NCBI RefSeq assembly: GCF_009914755.1 | Contig: NC_060930.1 | Strand: one strand, 5' to 3' | Source of the DNA: the human T2T-CHM13v2.0 reference genome, Homo sapiens | Length of the DNA stretch: 64,000 nucleotides | Part shown: positions 42,401 to 55,880 of the stretch, one piece after another | Layout: each line of letters opens with the position of its first letter | Position numbering within the stretch: position 1 is the first letter of the stretch | Notes under the pieces: model-generated | Databases searched by the model: none | The model's input: only the letters and a program-made list of their open reading frames with translations | Told to the model about the DNA's origin: nothing | Position numbers and translations under genes: made by a program

Positions 42401-45400
42401 AGTGCTCTAGGTCATGAGATAAGAACACATTCAAATGAAAATTGCCAAGATTTTCCAGTGCAGGATATTTTCGTCACCCTTCCTAGCTCAAACTCACTTC
42501 CTCATCCACTCCACAAATTCTAAACCACTACTAAGATGAGTTGAACAGTCTTAATTTTATAATCTTCCAAAGAAAAAATAAAGACACAGACAGCCGAGTT
42601 AATTTATAAAACAGTGCTGCATTTATCTTGGCAGATGTCAGTTTTCCCCCCACTAGCTCTTTCATGCTGACTACTTAGCAACTCATGGAGGATCAAGTCA
42701 TTCCTATGTATTAAGCACCTTGAGAACCATTGCACTGAATAAGTTTGGTGTGTCTCTTCACACACTTCTTGTACAAATTTCTTTCCTCATAGACAATTTA
42801 TTTACTGGGTCTCTGAAACCTAAATAATCCCTTTACTTTAAACCTGAAGCAAATGGAGAGTCATTTTTACAAGAGCAATAAACTAAAGTGGCTGTTCAAA
42901 CACTTTACTTGAATTGCTCTGGGCACTGAAATACCTTTTTGTTAATACAAACCCTTCATATTCTAGCAGGAAAACCCCTGAAATTCTAGGGTTGCTTAAA
43001 ATTGTGTAACCAGGAATCTCCCCTCTCCCCCAACACCAGCCCCCTGATCCTGGGAGTATGCCAGTAATTTTGCAGGATTCATTCTGACAAACTGTTCTGG
43101 TGTAAATGTTTATAGAAATCTTTTCCACTAGAGATTAAACAAAGTTTAAGTAACTGTGCCTAAATGATAGATCTTAGTAGTGTTTGCAACAGCAGGTCTG
43201 ATGCTATCTGATGCAAAGATTCTGATACTGTATACTAGAGAAAAGGCTAAAGGAAAAAGAATCAAGAGAGGAGTTAGTATGAACTGTATGTAATTTGAAC
43301 TGCAAAATATTATTCTAAGTTATCTCTATACAGATTAGTTTTTTTAATGTGCACAGGATATAAGGGAAATGAGTTCATTTAAATTGAAAAATAGTAAAAA
43401 CTGACTACTCGTGCTTTAATGGCTTAAAAAAAGGTGGGGGCAATTACAAATCTTATCACATGCCAGTTCAAATGCAATTCTTGGCTAGTTCTCCAAATTC
43501 TCACCAAAATGAAGTAACATATCTGAGATCTGATCTGATGTAAGCTCTGGTATCCATATTATTATGATTCAAAAACTACTAAAAGGGATAACTGCTGAGC
43601 TCTAAGCCTTATATTGAATATTATTTATTAAAACAGGGTAGTACCCTAGGCCTCAAGAGGTGAAAGCAAACCAGTGTTCCCTTTCTGTGCTTTCCTGTTT
43701 GCACAGCATTTTCAAGTGTTTATTATATACTAAGGGATTACACAGCTAAGCAATTAAAAACCTCAGAAACTTCATTGACTGAATTTCAAATTAATGCTAC
43801 AGCATTAATGATTCCTGTGATACTAGACTAGGAAAGGCATATGTCATTTAGACTAGTTAATGTTTCCTCTTTCCCTTGATGATTTAAGGCCTACCTTAAA
43901 ATTTAAGAACCCATGAATCTTAATTTCATTTCTTTGTTGGTAAGTCACAATATGAGATTTCTTCTTAATATCTGGAGATTACTTCCTCATTACAGACATA
44001 GGATTTTTTTAATTTTAAGATTTTTTTGTGAAAAACCATTTTAGAAAAAGTTCAATGTAAATAATGTTAAAACATATGCAATGGAACTTTACTCCTTTTT
44101 GTTTTGCTTCAAACGTAATGGCAGTCATTCACTGCTAAGTTTCCAGTTGAATCCTATTTAAATACTGTATTTGCTATAAATGAGCAAGGAAAATAATCAA
44201 AAGGGATCCATGGAATATGAAATAGAGACTTTATAAACTTAATTGGAAGATAATCCTGTCTTTCTAATTACCTTCTTAGAATCTAGATTTTCTTGATTTG
44301 ACTGTAGTGAGAAAAATCCCACCTTAGGAGGCAGGGACATTGATTTTAATTTATATATTGCTATATAATTTAGACAAATCATTTAGTCTGTGATTTGATT
44401 GTATCCACTATACAAATGAATTCATAATCTTTCATTTATCTGAAAGCAGAAAACTGATCTTAAAGTCCACTCCTCCAACAGTAAGATCAATGAGCTTTCC
44501 CTTTTCATTTTTGTAGCATGCTCTAACCTTAGATAGTTGCCCGTCCAAATGTCTAGAATGCTGAGTTATGGCTAGAATTCAAAAGTTTAAGTTTCTTTTT
44601 GCACATTCATGGAAGTTTTAGACCATATTTTTAAAAAGCTAACAAGGCAAAAAAGGAATCTTGTTAGGGGAAAAATATGGAAAAATCAAAATTGAACTCA
44701 GCACTAACTACAATATCATACATTCATTTATTTATTTAATAGCTCTTTATTAAACAATTACTATGTGCCAAAATTACGAAAATGAGCAAAACACACCTGG
44801 AACTTGCCCTTGTAGTATTTCACAGTGGTTAAGGAAAGAAAATATTAATTCAGATTTTAAAAAACAATATTTGGCTAAAGATAAATTAGAGCACTTTAGA
44901 TATCATTTCTAAGCTGAATAGTACCTCTTTTTTGATTTGTTTAAATAGCGTTGGAAATTAATTAGTTTACAATGAACCTAATAGCTACCCAGATTTTTCT
45001 CTGGGAAACAGAGACAAAGCTGAACAAGACCACATATGGGGATGAAGCAGGAAGGTGGAAGGAAGATTAACTGAAAACATGGGAATTTATTAGGCCTTCT
45101 GGTATTTTCTTGTCTTAAAATTTATGAGCAATGAATAGGACTCATTACTTAGCATGCCGTTTGTGACAATCATAGGAAGTATGCTATTGTCCACTTTAAA
45201 TGTAGTTAGCATTTTTAAGTAAGCCTTGTAATGGTGTGGCATAGCTTGGCTGAGTGAATTTCCATTTTTGGCACATTGACTAATTTCTATAGCTGAACTT
45301 TCACAATAGTTCATTAACTGGAATTACTTTTCCCAAACACTAACATATTGTATGTTTTAAAATAGTGCATTTTTTGTCCATCTCTCTGAAGCATTTTCAA

Positions 45401-46061
45401 ACCTTTTATGGTAACCCCATGACCACCACATAAAACATACAAGTCAATCTACTTAAAGCACCAGTTTGGCAAATATATGTCAACAAGTTATTTGGATTCT
45501 TATGTAACTTTGTTGATGACCTTTCCTAACCTCAGTTGATAGCTTTAAAGATATCAGTTGCCAAAATTCAGAGTCTTGAAAATAACTTGATTCAATTCTT
45601 TTCGGTATGTGATCACTGACTTGTAAAGGTCTTTAAGTAAAGAAAGGCTACTACCAGCTACTTCCACATGTTTATCTCATGGAACCTTCACAACAATTTC
45701 ATGAGATATTATTCCATTTTATAAATAAAGAAATTGAGGCTGAAAACAACTAAGGAACAGATCAAAATGACATAGTCAGAGATGGTAAACCTAAACTGTA
45801 CATCTAGATCTTCTGACCTAATGAATAGCTTTCCCAATACACCCTGCTTTTCATTAAGCCTGTAAAAGAGAATGCCAGAGGAGGTTTAAATGAGAAATGG
45901 TTATCTTTGCAACTGAGATGGAACTACTAATACCTCATTAGACAAAACGTGAGGGTGTGAGAAAATAAACCAGACTACTTGACAGAATGGTTACTTAGGA
46001 AGTGCCAGGCCAAGTTTTTTAACTGTTTTTAAATCAGAGGCCCAATAAGATTGCAACTATT

Positions 46062-46504
<443 letters not shown>

Positions 46505-46568
46505 CTAGATTTCTGATTGTAGCATCTTCATGGCGCCATTTGCTGCAACAGAAAAGCACATGTCGATT

Positions 46569-46862
46569 AGATGTAGTGGCTCTCACAGGTAATCCCAGCA
46601 TTTTGGGAGGCCAAGGAGGGCAAATCTCCTGAGTCCAGGAGTTCAAGACCAGCCTGGGCAACATGGCTAAACCCTATCTGTACAAAAAATACCAAAATTA
46701 GCCGGGCATGATGGCTCAAACCTGTAGTCTCAGCTACTGTGGGGGCTGAAGTGAGAGTATCACTTGAACCCTGGAGTTTGAGGCTGGAGTAAGCAGTAAT
46801 CATGCCTCTGCACTCCAGCCTAAGCAACAAACTGAGACCCTGCCTCAAAAAAAAAAAAAAAA
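46569..46862 (+). mobile_element. AluJ
   Basis: Diverged dimer with J-type GAGTTTGAGGCTG and GAGACCCTG; TSD AAA(A/G)GCACATGTC(G/A)ATT at 46552 and 46860. Confidence 0.93.
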
Positions 46863-48029
46863 GGCACATGTCAATTAAGTGTACAATAGTTTTAATAGCT
46901 AGGAAGATTTGTGTGAATTATATATGCAGCATAAACCACTCATGTTACTGAAGAAGATAAAGAGAGACCAGAGAAGTAAGTGACTTAATTGAAGTCACTT
47001 TGCAGTGGAGCCAAGAGTAGAAATAACTCCTGTGGCCATTCTGTAATACCAAATGCTACACAGCAGATGGTTCCAAGGGTTGACCTTCCAGAGAAGGGCT
47101 CTATGGATCCTCTGCCAATCTGATTTCTTATGTGTTTAATAATGGCCTTCTTGGAGAGAATTATCTGTTCATTGACTGAGGAGTTGCTTCACAGTCTCTT
47201 TATTTCCTTACTCCAAGATATGCCAAACTTTAAAAAGTTACAATAACCTGTTGCCCTAAAGTAAGATGGCTCATGACAAGGCACAATTTTAAAAAACAAA
47301 CCAATTACACATGCCGTACTCTCATCAAACACAGTTATCCATTTCCTCATCAAACATATTCTATTCCTGGGAATGAGGAAGGTTCAAATCTGATCCTGAG
47401 CTGGAAAAGTATCATTTTGCCCATTATCAGCAATAACTTATATTAATATGATTTTGTACAGCATATAGACACTTTCTCATCGTCTTATTTGATTTTTTTC
47501 TCAACACCCTTTTGGAATGGGCAGAACAGGTGTTATCATACTCATTTCACAATTAAAGCTCAAAGATGGTAAGTGATTTGTATGGTATCACAAGGTTGGT
47601 AAGTTGCAAAACTTAGCCTCAAAGGTCTTGTAGGGGGATAGTTGTTTTGTTTTTCTACAGTTCTATGACTTTTCCCACACTACCACAGTTCTCATATATC
47701 TACCCTGAAGTTCCTACTATTAGTATAATTCCTTTGGATTTGACAAGAAAGGCATGTATATTAGAGGAAATCTTTATTATAGATGAGAGTCTTACTAGCT
47801 GACAATGTGAACTGGCAGATCTTTAACGTCCTGTCCCATTTGAATACCCATGAATGAGCTTATTGTGGGGAGAAGGAGATACCGAAGCAAGAGCATCAAG
47901 CATTGTTTGGCAAACTGTCTTCAGGAAAAAGCAGAAAACTTGCTGGGTATTCTCTATGGTAGTAGAACTTTCTGAGAGAAATGGTTGAGTTTTGATATAA
48001 TGGGATGTTTATTAATAAATGTCATTATG

Positions 48030-48329
<300 letters not shown>

Positions 48330-49111
48330 TCATTATAAGATAATTGTATGGGCTTTCCCCAAGTATCATGATATTTGTTTTACTAGACATAATCAAGTAG
48401 ACTGTTACAGGAAAGCAGTTTGAACTAGATACCTCTAAAGTTCCCAAAGTTTATGATTCTATTGGCTGGAAGCTGACTATATGGATCTCAATATTCTCAT
48501 CTGCAAATTTAAGGGAGAAGGAAGAGCTTCAAGAGCCCTTTAAATTCCATAGGTAAATTCACCATCCTTTCAGATATTATGTATGTATTCCTACATAAAG
48601 CATTTTGTTCATAACATTTTCCCTCCTTCCCCCTTTCCATTTGTCTCAGTTTTTCTTTTCCTTCAAGTTCCATAATCATTCCTATCTGTTCTCTGTAGTC
48701 TTTAGATATCTCAATTATCAATAATTGCTCCTGCCTTTTAATTTGCGGCAAAAAGTTTCTAATCTATACATTTATGGTTTTTAGAATATTAAAGTATTAT
48801 CTTATTAATTGTATTGTAGGCTTCTTGAGTCAGAGACTATCTTTTGTCTCTCAGTATGATCAGTACCTAGAAGACTGCTTCCAGTAATCATTGAATAAAC
48901 AATTATTTGTGAAGATAATAATAATGTAATACTGAAAGTGTGGTATTTATATCACCTTCGTCAGATTCACCTGGGATGCTTCTTATCAATGCAGTTACCT
49001 AAATCCACTGGATTCACTTCCAAATCAAAATATTTGGGAGTGGCATCTTACCTCATCATTGTAAACAAGTAATCCAGGCCATTTTTACACACAGTAAAGT
49101 TTTAGAATCTT

Positions 49112-49163
49112 TAGACCTTTGGTTTCTCTGTACCATATAGACCTTTGGTTTCTCGGTACCATA
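49112..49163. repeat. 26-bp tandem duplication
   Basis: TAGACCTTTGGTTTCTC(T/G)GTACCATA twice, 1 mismatch. Confidence 0.95.
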
Positions 49164-49917
49164 TTGATATCATTTCTATGCCATATCTTACCTTTTTCAG
49201 TCTGTTTAAGTAGGTGTGTATCTTCAGTGAGCAGCTAGTGCCTCAGAGGTCTTCTTGACCCGGATGTCTGTGACTCCTATTAAAGTCTGTGTCTATGGTA
49301 CTTAAAAAGTAGCCACTCTATGACTCTTAGTGAGTTTCTGGTTCCCCAAGCTTCTCACACCTCCTGTATTAGAAGCCTCAGTATGTATCCTCTTTTCTAA
49401 GAGTTATTATTGGATAAAGCTGCCAGCTGCTTCAAATATGGATGATGATAACACAGGATGAGTTTAGTGCCTCTTGAGTTAAACAAAGTGTCTTATACCT
49501 ATGATTTTGATGATTGCCTAAGAGAGTCCTAGGCACTTTACACAGCATCTCACTTAATCCTCTCAAATACATATCAAGCAGATATTCTGGTGTTACAGAT
49601 GAGGAAACCTAGGCTCAAAAAAGTTAAACAACTTTTGTCTAAATATATAATCAGACTGGAAATTCATTTACACAGATAATTGGTTATATTCATCTTTGTA
49701 TGCTCACCTACTAGAACACTGTGTGGATGTTGAATAATTTAATTTTTTAAATGAATAACTGGATAAAAAATAAATATTGGTAACTCAGCTAGAAAACATG
49801 ACAACTAGGGTTCAAAACCAGACTCTAAATGAGTGCAGATCCAGTACCTCTTCACCCTGTCCCTGTGCTCTTCTGGGAAGTGTGCAGGACCCATTTCTGA
49901 ATGAGGTCACAATGCAG

Positions 49918-50075
49918 GGAGCCATGCACATAAGTATAAAGATGCATCATACTTACAAAGGTGCATGTATATTCTTCTTCAATTCCGTTAGCAATTGGAG
50001 CCATGCACATAAGTATAAAGATGCATCATACTTACAAAGGTGCATGTATATTCTTCTTCAATTCTGTTAGCAATT
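49918..50075. repeat. 79-bp tandem duplication
   Basis: Units 49918-49996 and 49997-50075, identical except C49986/T50065. Confidence 0.97.
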
Positions 50076-50428
50076 TTGTGAATCTAGGAAAAAAATCACT
50101 TATTTTCCTTGCTCAGAATTTTATATGTGATACATAAAGCTGGAGTTTTTAAAAATGGTATACTCACTATTGGTACATCTTCTAGTGCTTGTTGAAATAC
50201 CACAAGTCTCTCACTTGCTGTTTACTTATGCTAAGACCTCAGCCATCAGATATGCTACTTTAGCATGCTATGTAGCACAAATATCCAAGTTTATTCACAA
50301 TATAACAAAGTGGAGTTTGTTTTTAGCACAAACTGAAGTTTGTTTCATTCAAGAATGTGAAGTTAGTAGTTATGGAGCACTCATGCGGATTCATTACCAT
50401 TAAACTGTCACATTTTCTGTTTATGTTG

Positions 50429-50541
50429 ATTTCTAATTATTTCTAACCTTAAAAAAAATATATCTTTTTTTTTAAGGTTAGAAAAAAAATATTTCTAACC
50501 TTAAAAAAAAATTTCTAATTATTTCTAACCTTAAAAAAAAA
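50429..50541. repeat. Complex direct and inverted repeat
   Basis: TTTCTAACCTTAAAAAAAA forward at 50440, 50492 and 50522, and reverse-complemented at 50466-50484. Confidence 0.95.
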
Positions 50542-51609
50542 TGGAATGCTTCTCTCAGCCAGACCACAGCACATAATGATTCCCACTGTTGGATGAACAC
50601 TGTTGGATCTGTCTTATGAAAAACGCTGTTATTACCTACTAACTCATCAATAGGTCCTGGCTCTACAGAATCTGGGTCTCATCACCCTCATCCACCCCCT
50701 CTTGTCCTCTATTCACCTCCACTTGGGAACATGGCCACTTGGAGAAGGGGAAGCTTTCCCTCTCTTAGCAACAGCTGGGGATGTTGATTCAGTACCTTAC
50801 ATTTTACACTCGTAGCAGAGTGCATTCACTTTACAAAGGATTTTTCTACTTGCGATTAGGAAAAAAAAACACCTCTTTATTTTTGGTTCTGTGAGTAGTT
50901 TGTAACAGTTTCAATAGCAGCATCAACTGTAGCTAGTCGGTTGGTCACAGGAAAGTTCATAGGGTTTTTACTACTTTTGAAGTATCCAATTTGAAATTAG
51001 TCCATAGATTTTTAATTCATTTAAGGAATTAAAGAACATAATATTAAGATACTAAAAGAAATATTAAATTAGAAGTAAAAAGCACAGTGTTGTTACTCTA
51101 AGTTATTTAGACTGTTTCAATATGCATTGCTAATGGTAACAATTTAGAAAAATACAAGAAAAGATTATATGCAAGACTGTAATTTTTTTGCTTTTTATTC
51201 TTTCTTTGTTCTTATGACCTTTCATGTATTTGATAACTTTTTTACTTCTCCCCACTTATTCCCACACACACACTTACACAGAATGAAAATTAAAATCCCA
51301 AAGCAAACTAAAATTACTGCTAGAGAAAGATGGGGAGGAACAGAGGAGAAACGAGATAGTCCCAAGAGCAAAACACATGTAGATTGATGCACAGCCTCTT
51401 CAAAGATTGGAATCTGGATGTAAATCCCCAAGTTTGTTGCTAGTTAGAACATTTTCCTCTAATATACAAGTTAAAAAGAGAACATATCTTCATGGAATAC
51501 AAGATGCTGGTTCTGTTCCAAGATCCATAAAATTAACACAAATTAAAGTAACTATATCAGACAAAATGTGTTGTTTCCTTTCCTTCTAATATTTACTTAG
51601 AAATGCAGA

Positions 51610-52090
51610 GGCTACATGTACTTAGGCTTTTTACTCTGGCCCTCAAGGGATGGGAGGATCTGGCTCCAACCACCCTTTGTAACTCATTTTATAGCACTCA
51701 ACGCATTGCAGCCTCATTGGTACCTGTCATGTTGCTCCTTGTGCCCAGCTTCTCCCATGGCTTTATACTGTTTGCATTGCTGGTGCTCTACCTGAAATAC
51801 TCTTCCTGGGTTTACATAATGACTCCTCCTTATTCTGCAGGCCTCGGCTAAGGAGTAGACTTAAAGGTTCTTCCCTGACATGTATTTAAGGAAGTTTCCC
51901 AGAGTTATTCTCTGCCTTATTCACCTGTTTGTTGCCTTAACAACACTCATTACAATCTTTAATCATTTGATTCCTTGTTTACTTACTTATTAACTGATGA
52001 ACATCATGTCTTCAGGAACTGGATGTCTTATTCATTCCTGCCTTTCCTGCATCACATGAAATGTTGAGCACACTGTGGGTGAAATTTTTG
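51610..52090. mobile_element. L2-like LINE relic (similar pieces at about 3270-3860, 55870-56650 and 60290-60980)
   Basis: Pyrimidine-rich L2 3'-end-like phrases such as GCCTGGCACATAGTAGGCAATCAAATATTTGTTG at about 60938. Recognised by eye. Confidence 0.5.
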
Positions 52091-52732
52091 TTGAAAACCT
52101 TAATCATAGTTTCCACAGTGTATCCATATACAGTGAAGCCTACTTGCATCTATCTTTCATTTCTAGTCCTGATTTTGGACTAGCTGTGGTTAGGCAAAGC
52201 ATAGCCTTCAGTTACCAGGTTGGCTTTGAGCTCCCAAATATTCATCATATCTTAGATTTCATGAATTCTACAGCTAACATCATTTGCTAGCCATTTTCTT
52301 AATATTTTGGGCTGACTTGATTTTAGTGGAAAGCCTAGCTATTTGCTGCTTAATGTTAGGTTTGTTTTATTGCTGTGGCTTTATTTTAAAGTATTTATAG
52401 AATATAAATATTAGACTCCCTTCAGGAAATTATTATTCAGTAAGAGAAAAAGAAAGATTTTCCAAGTTCTCAAAGAAACCATTTCCATTAAAAACAGTAT
52501 GTTTCCCCACATAATAATAATGGTGGCGCACCAACTGGGCTGTATTCAGCAGCTGGTGAAGACATTCCTCTCTGAGACTCTTAGGAATTCTGTCAACCTC
52601 TGGTGTAGGCACAGACTTTCAGATTAGATGTTGATTTAGTAGGATAAAAGATACAGTAGACTCTATTATCCTAGCTGTTAAAGTTCAATTAATGTATGTA
52701 CTTTTGAGTTTGACGAAAGACCAATAGAATTT

Positions 52733-52880
52733 GTATGTAGGTGTGTGTGTGCATGCATGGGCATGCATGCGTGCATATATATATGTATATACACACATAT
52801 ATGTGTGTGTGTATCCATATACACATGCGCAGACATACAAACACATATGTGCACATATTTAAATATGTATATTTAAATAG
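52733..52880. repeat. Alternating purine/pyrimidine low-complexity tract (TG/CA/TA/CATG)
   Basis: About 145 nt, mostly RY-alternating. Confidence 0.9.
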
Positions 52881-53705
52881 CATAGGTGAATTTTAATTTA
52901 CTTAATGGTTAAAACATTGGTATATTAAAACCCTAAAACCATCAGATGATAAACAGTATTTCAAAAATGGCAGGGTCTGTATATATTTGGACATATAAAC
53001 ATGTGGTTCTTTCAATAAGTTATCAATAAAAAATAATAATGAATAAACCTGTATTCACCCAAATATCATAGTTTGATAATCCAAAAGGAGTGTTGTATCC
53101 AAATAAGTAATTATATTTATTCAGAAAATCTTGTGTTCATATTTTGCTATATATACCTAACTTTCTCAAGTTGCCTAAATGGTTGTGGAGACCTAGCCAT
53201 TGTCGGCTCTACTTGCAAGCTTTAACACATGAACAAATGAGAAACACTGACTCTGAATATTTTCTTGGGTTGACTGGGCAGAATTTTAGAGAGACAGCCA
53301 AATAATTCAAATTTTTAACATTAGACTTTTCTTAAAGTGATCGTTGCCACCAGAGGAATCGGGAAACATCTCTTAATTTTCAATAAATGTAATATTACTC
53401 CAAACTTAAATGTGACTTCATACTAATCAAGTCCCAAGATATGGTAGAAATGTGTTGTCCTAATTTAGGCAAGAAAAATCGCCACATTTTCTCTAAGGGA
53501 ATGAATTACTGAAGTAAATGACACATAAGAAAACCATTATTACTTCACTTTGAATGATTGATTTCATAATTAAGCATTCAAAGTTTATGTAATTTGCAAC
53601 ATGATTTCTTTGCCAGATATTCATAGGCATAGCCCACTTAAATTGTTATAGATACTTTCTGTTAAACATTTACTACTTTAACATTTTTATTATTCTTTCT
53701 TTCTG

Positions 53706-54014
53706 GTTGTTTTTTTTGTTTGTTTGTTTGTTTGTTTTTGTTTTTGTTTTTTTTTAGACAAGGTATCTCTCTGTCATCCAGGCTGGAGTGCAATGGTACA
53801 GTCTTGGCTCACTGGAGCCTGGGCCTTCTGTGCTCAAGGATCCTCCCACCTCAGCCTCCTGAGTAGCTGAGACCACAGGCATGTGTCACCGTGCCCAGCT
53901 AATTTTTTTTTTTTTTTGGTAGAAACAGGGTTTTGCTGTGTTGCCCAGGCTAGTCTCAAACTCCTTGGCTCAAGGAAAGTGCTGGGATTACAGTTGTGAG
54001 CCACTGTACCTAAC
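53706..54014 (-). mobile_element. AluJ with (TTTG)n tail and internal deletion
   Basis: Alu complement; GGCTCAAG joins directly to GAAAGTGCTGGG; degenerate TSD AACAT.TTTAT.ATT at 53680 and 54015. Confidence 0.92.
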
Positions 54015-55541
54015 AACATATTTATCATTTTTTAAAAAAATAGCTTTTTTATATGTATTGTGTTCATTCCTTCAATAATCAAAAACACTTTATTGAGAAC
54101 CTATTCAATAAATAGCTTCCTTGAATAGAAGGTGGGAATTATCTCAAATTCCTGAATCTATAGAGGAAAAAAGAAGAAGAAATTATCAAACCATGAGACC
54201 TCTTCCCTCAGGAAGCGTACAGTCAATGTGAGCACACTTCTAAAAAGAGAAGGCATGGAAGAAAGGACAGATGTAAAAAAAACTTTGATTATAGAATTCA
54301 GTTGGTCTCTTCTCTCTACCCTGTCTCTTAAGGCCACTGCATACAGAAAAACAGGCAGTGAATGTTGTGCAGACAAGTATGCTTTGGAGAGATTTTATAT
54401 ATGATGTTTTTATTGTTGTTAAAAATAACTTAGATCAAATTTGTGAATTTATTAATTTTTAATTAGATTATAAAATCATTATTACTTTTATGTATCTGGC
54501 ACTTCTTTTCAACTCAGTCAAACCTGTTTTATTAGTCTAAAGTCTACTAAAATTTACATTTCTGGAAATTAGCTACAAATAAATGATCATCAGCAGTAAT
54601 TGGCAGCATGCAATAATGGATTTTTTTCACATAACAACTTACAATAGATGTTAGTACATTTGTAACTGAGCTTTAGAAGTGAATTAACGTAAAGCAAATG
54701 CTTGAAGCTTGCATTTAAATTGTCACAGAAACAGAATTTAGTTCCCAATACTGTATTAGTTGATACATCATAAACATTGAAAACAAGTAGCCAAAGGTTG
54801 TATATTGACCAAGTGTTCTGGTTCCATTTAAAATTCTGTATTCTGGATATTTTATCAAAGTTGAATTAACTCTTATGATAATAGCAAGTCTCTTAGGAAT
54901 GGTTGCATCAGTTATGTATCACAAGTTAAAGGTTATCAAATAGTAGGAAGCCTTCTTAACAGATAGTGAAATTGAAGTTTTTTACTCAGGGAATGTTGAC
55001 AGTTCAGACACTGAAAGTAGGTTTAAGTTATGTATCAGTGTACACCCTTTTTGTACAACTAACCATAATAAACAAGTTAAGAAATAATAGTTCCCTCTTT
55101 CTTAATTCTAAAGATAGACATATTAATTTCACTGTGTATGTGACACATTTTTAGTAGAAAGTCCCAATTTAAAGTTTCCATGAATTCTGCCCATTTTCCC
55201 ACTCATATCTACCCCCATTACACATCTAAAGTTTACTTATATATAAAGATATAGTTACCAGATATCAAAGATCTCTATTTTCACCTCTGATCTAAACTCA
55301 CTATTTTTCCAGCAGGCTATTCCTTTGAGTTCAAGTTTGAAGTTTCAAAATAAATGATTATGATAGCTTCTACTTACTTGTATCATAAGGCAATTACCAC
55401 AGTTAATTTAGCTTTTGAATATGCTCTGAAAGCAACAGTGAGTGACCTAGAAATTCAAAGTATTGTTTAAAGCTGCTTATAATACATTTTGTTCTCTTAC
55501 CAAATGTCCCCTATTTTGCATGATGTCTTCTTTTTCTGTAA

Positions 55542-55880
<339 letters not shown>

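Noticed and set aside
49918-50541. Repeats as a CRISPR-like array or prokaryotic system
   Set aside because: No regularly spaced repeat-spacer structure and no cas-like ORFs; the context is a primate intron.
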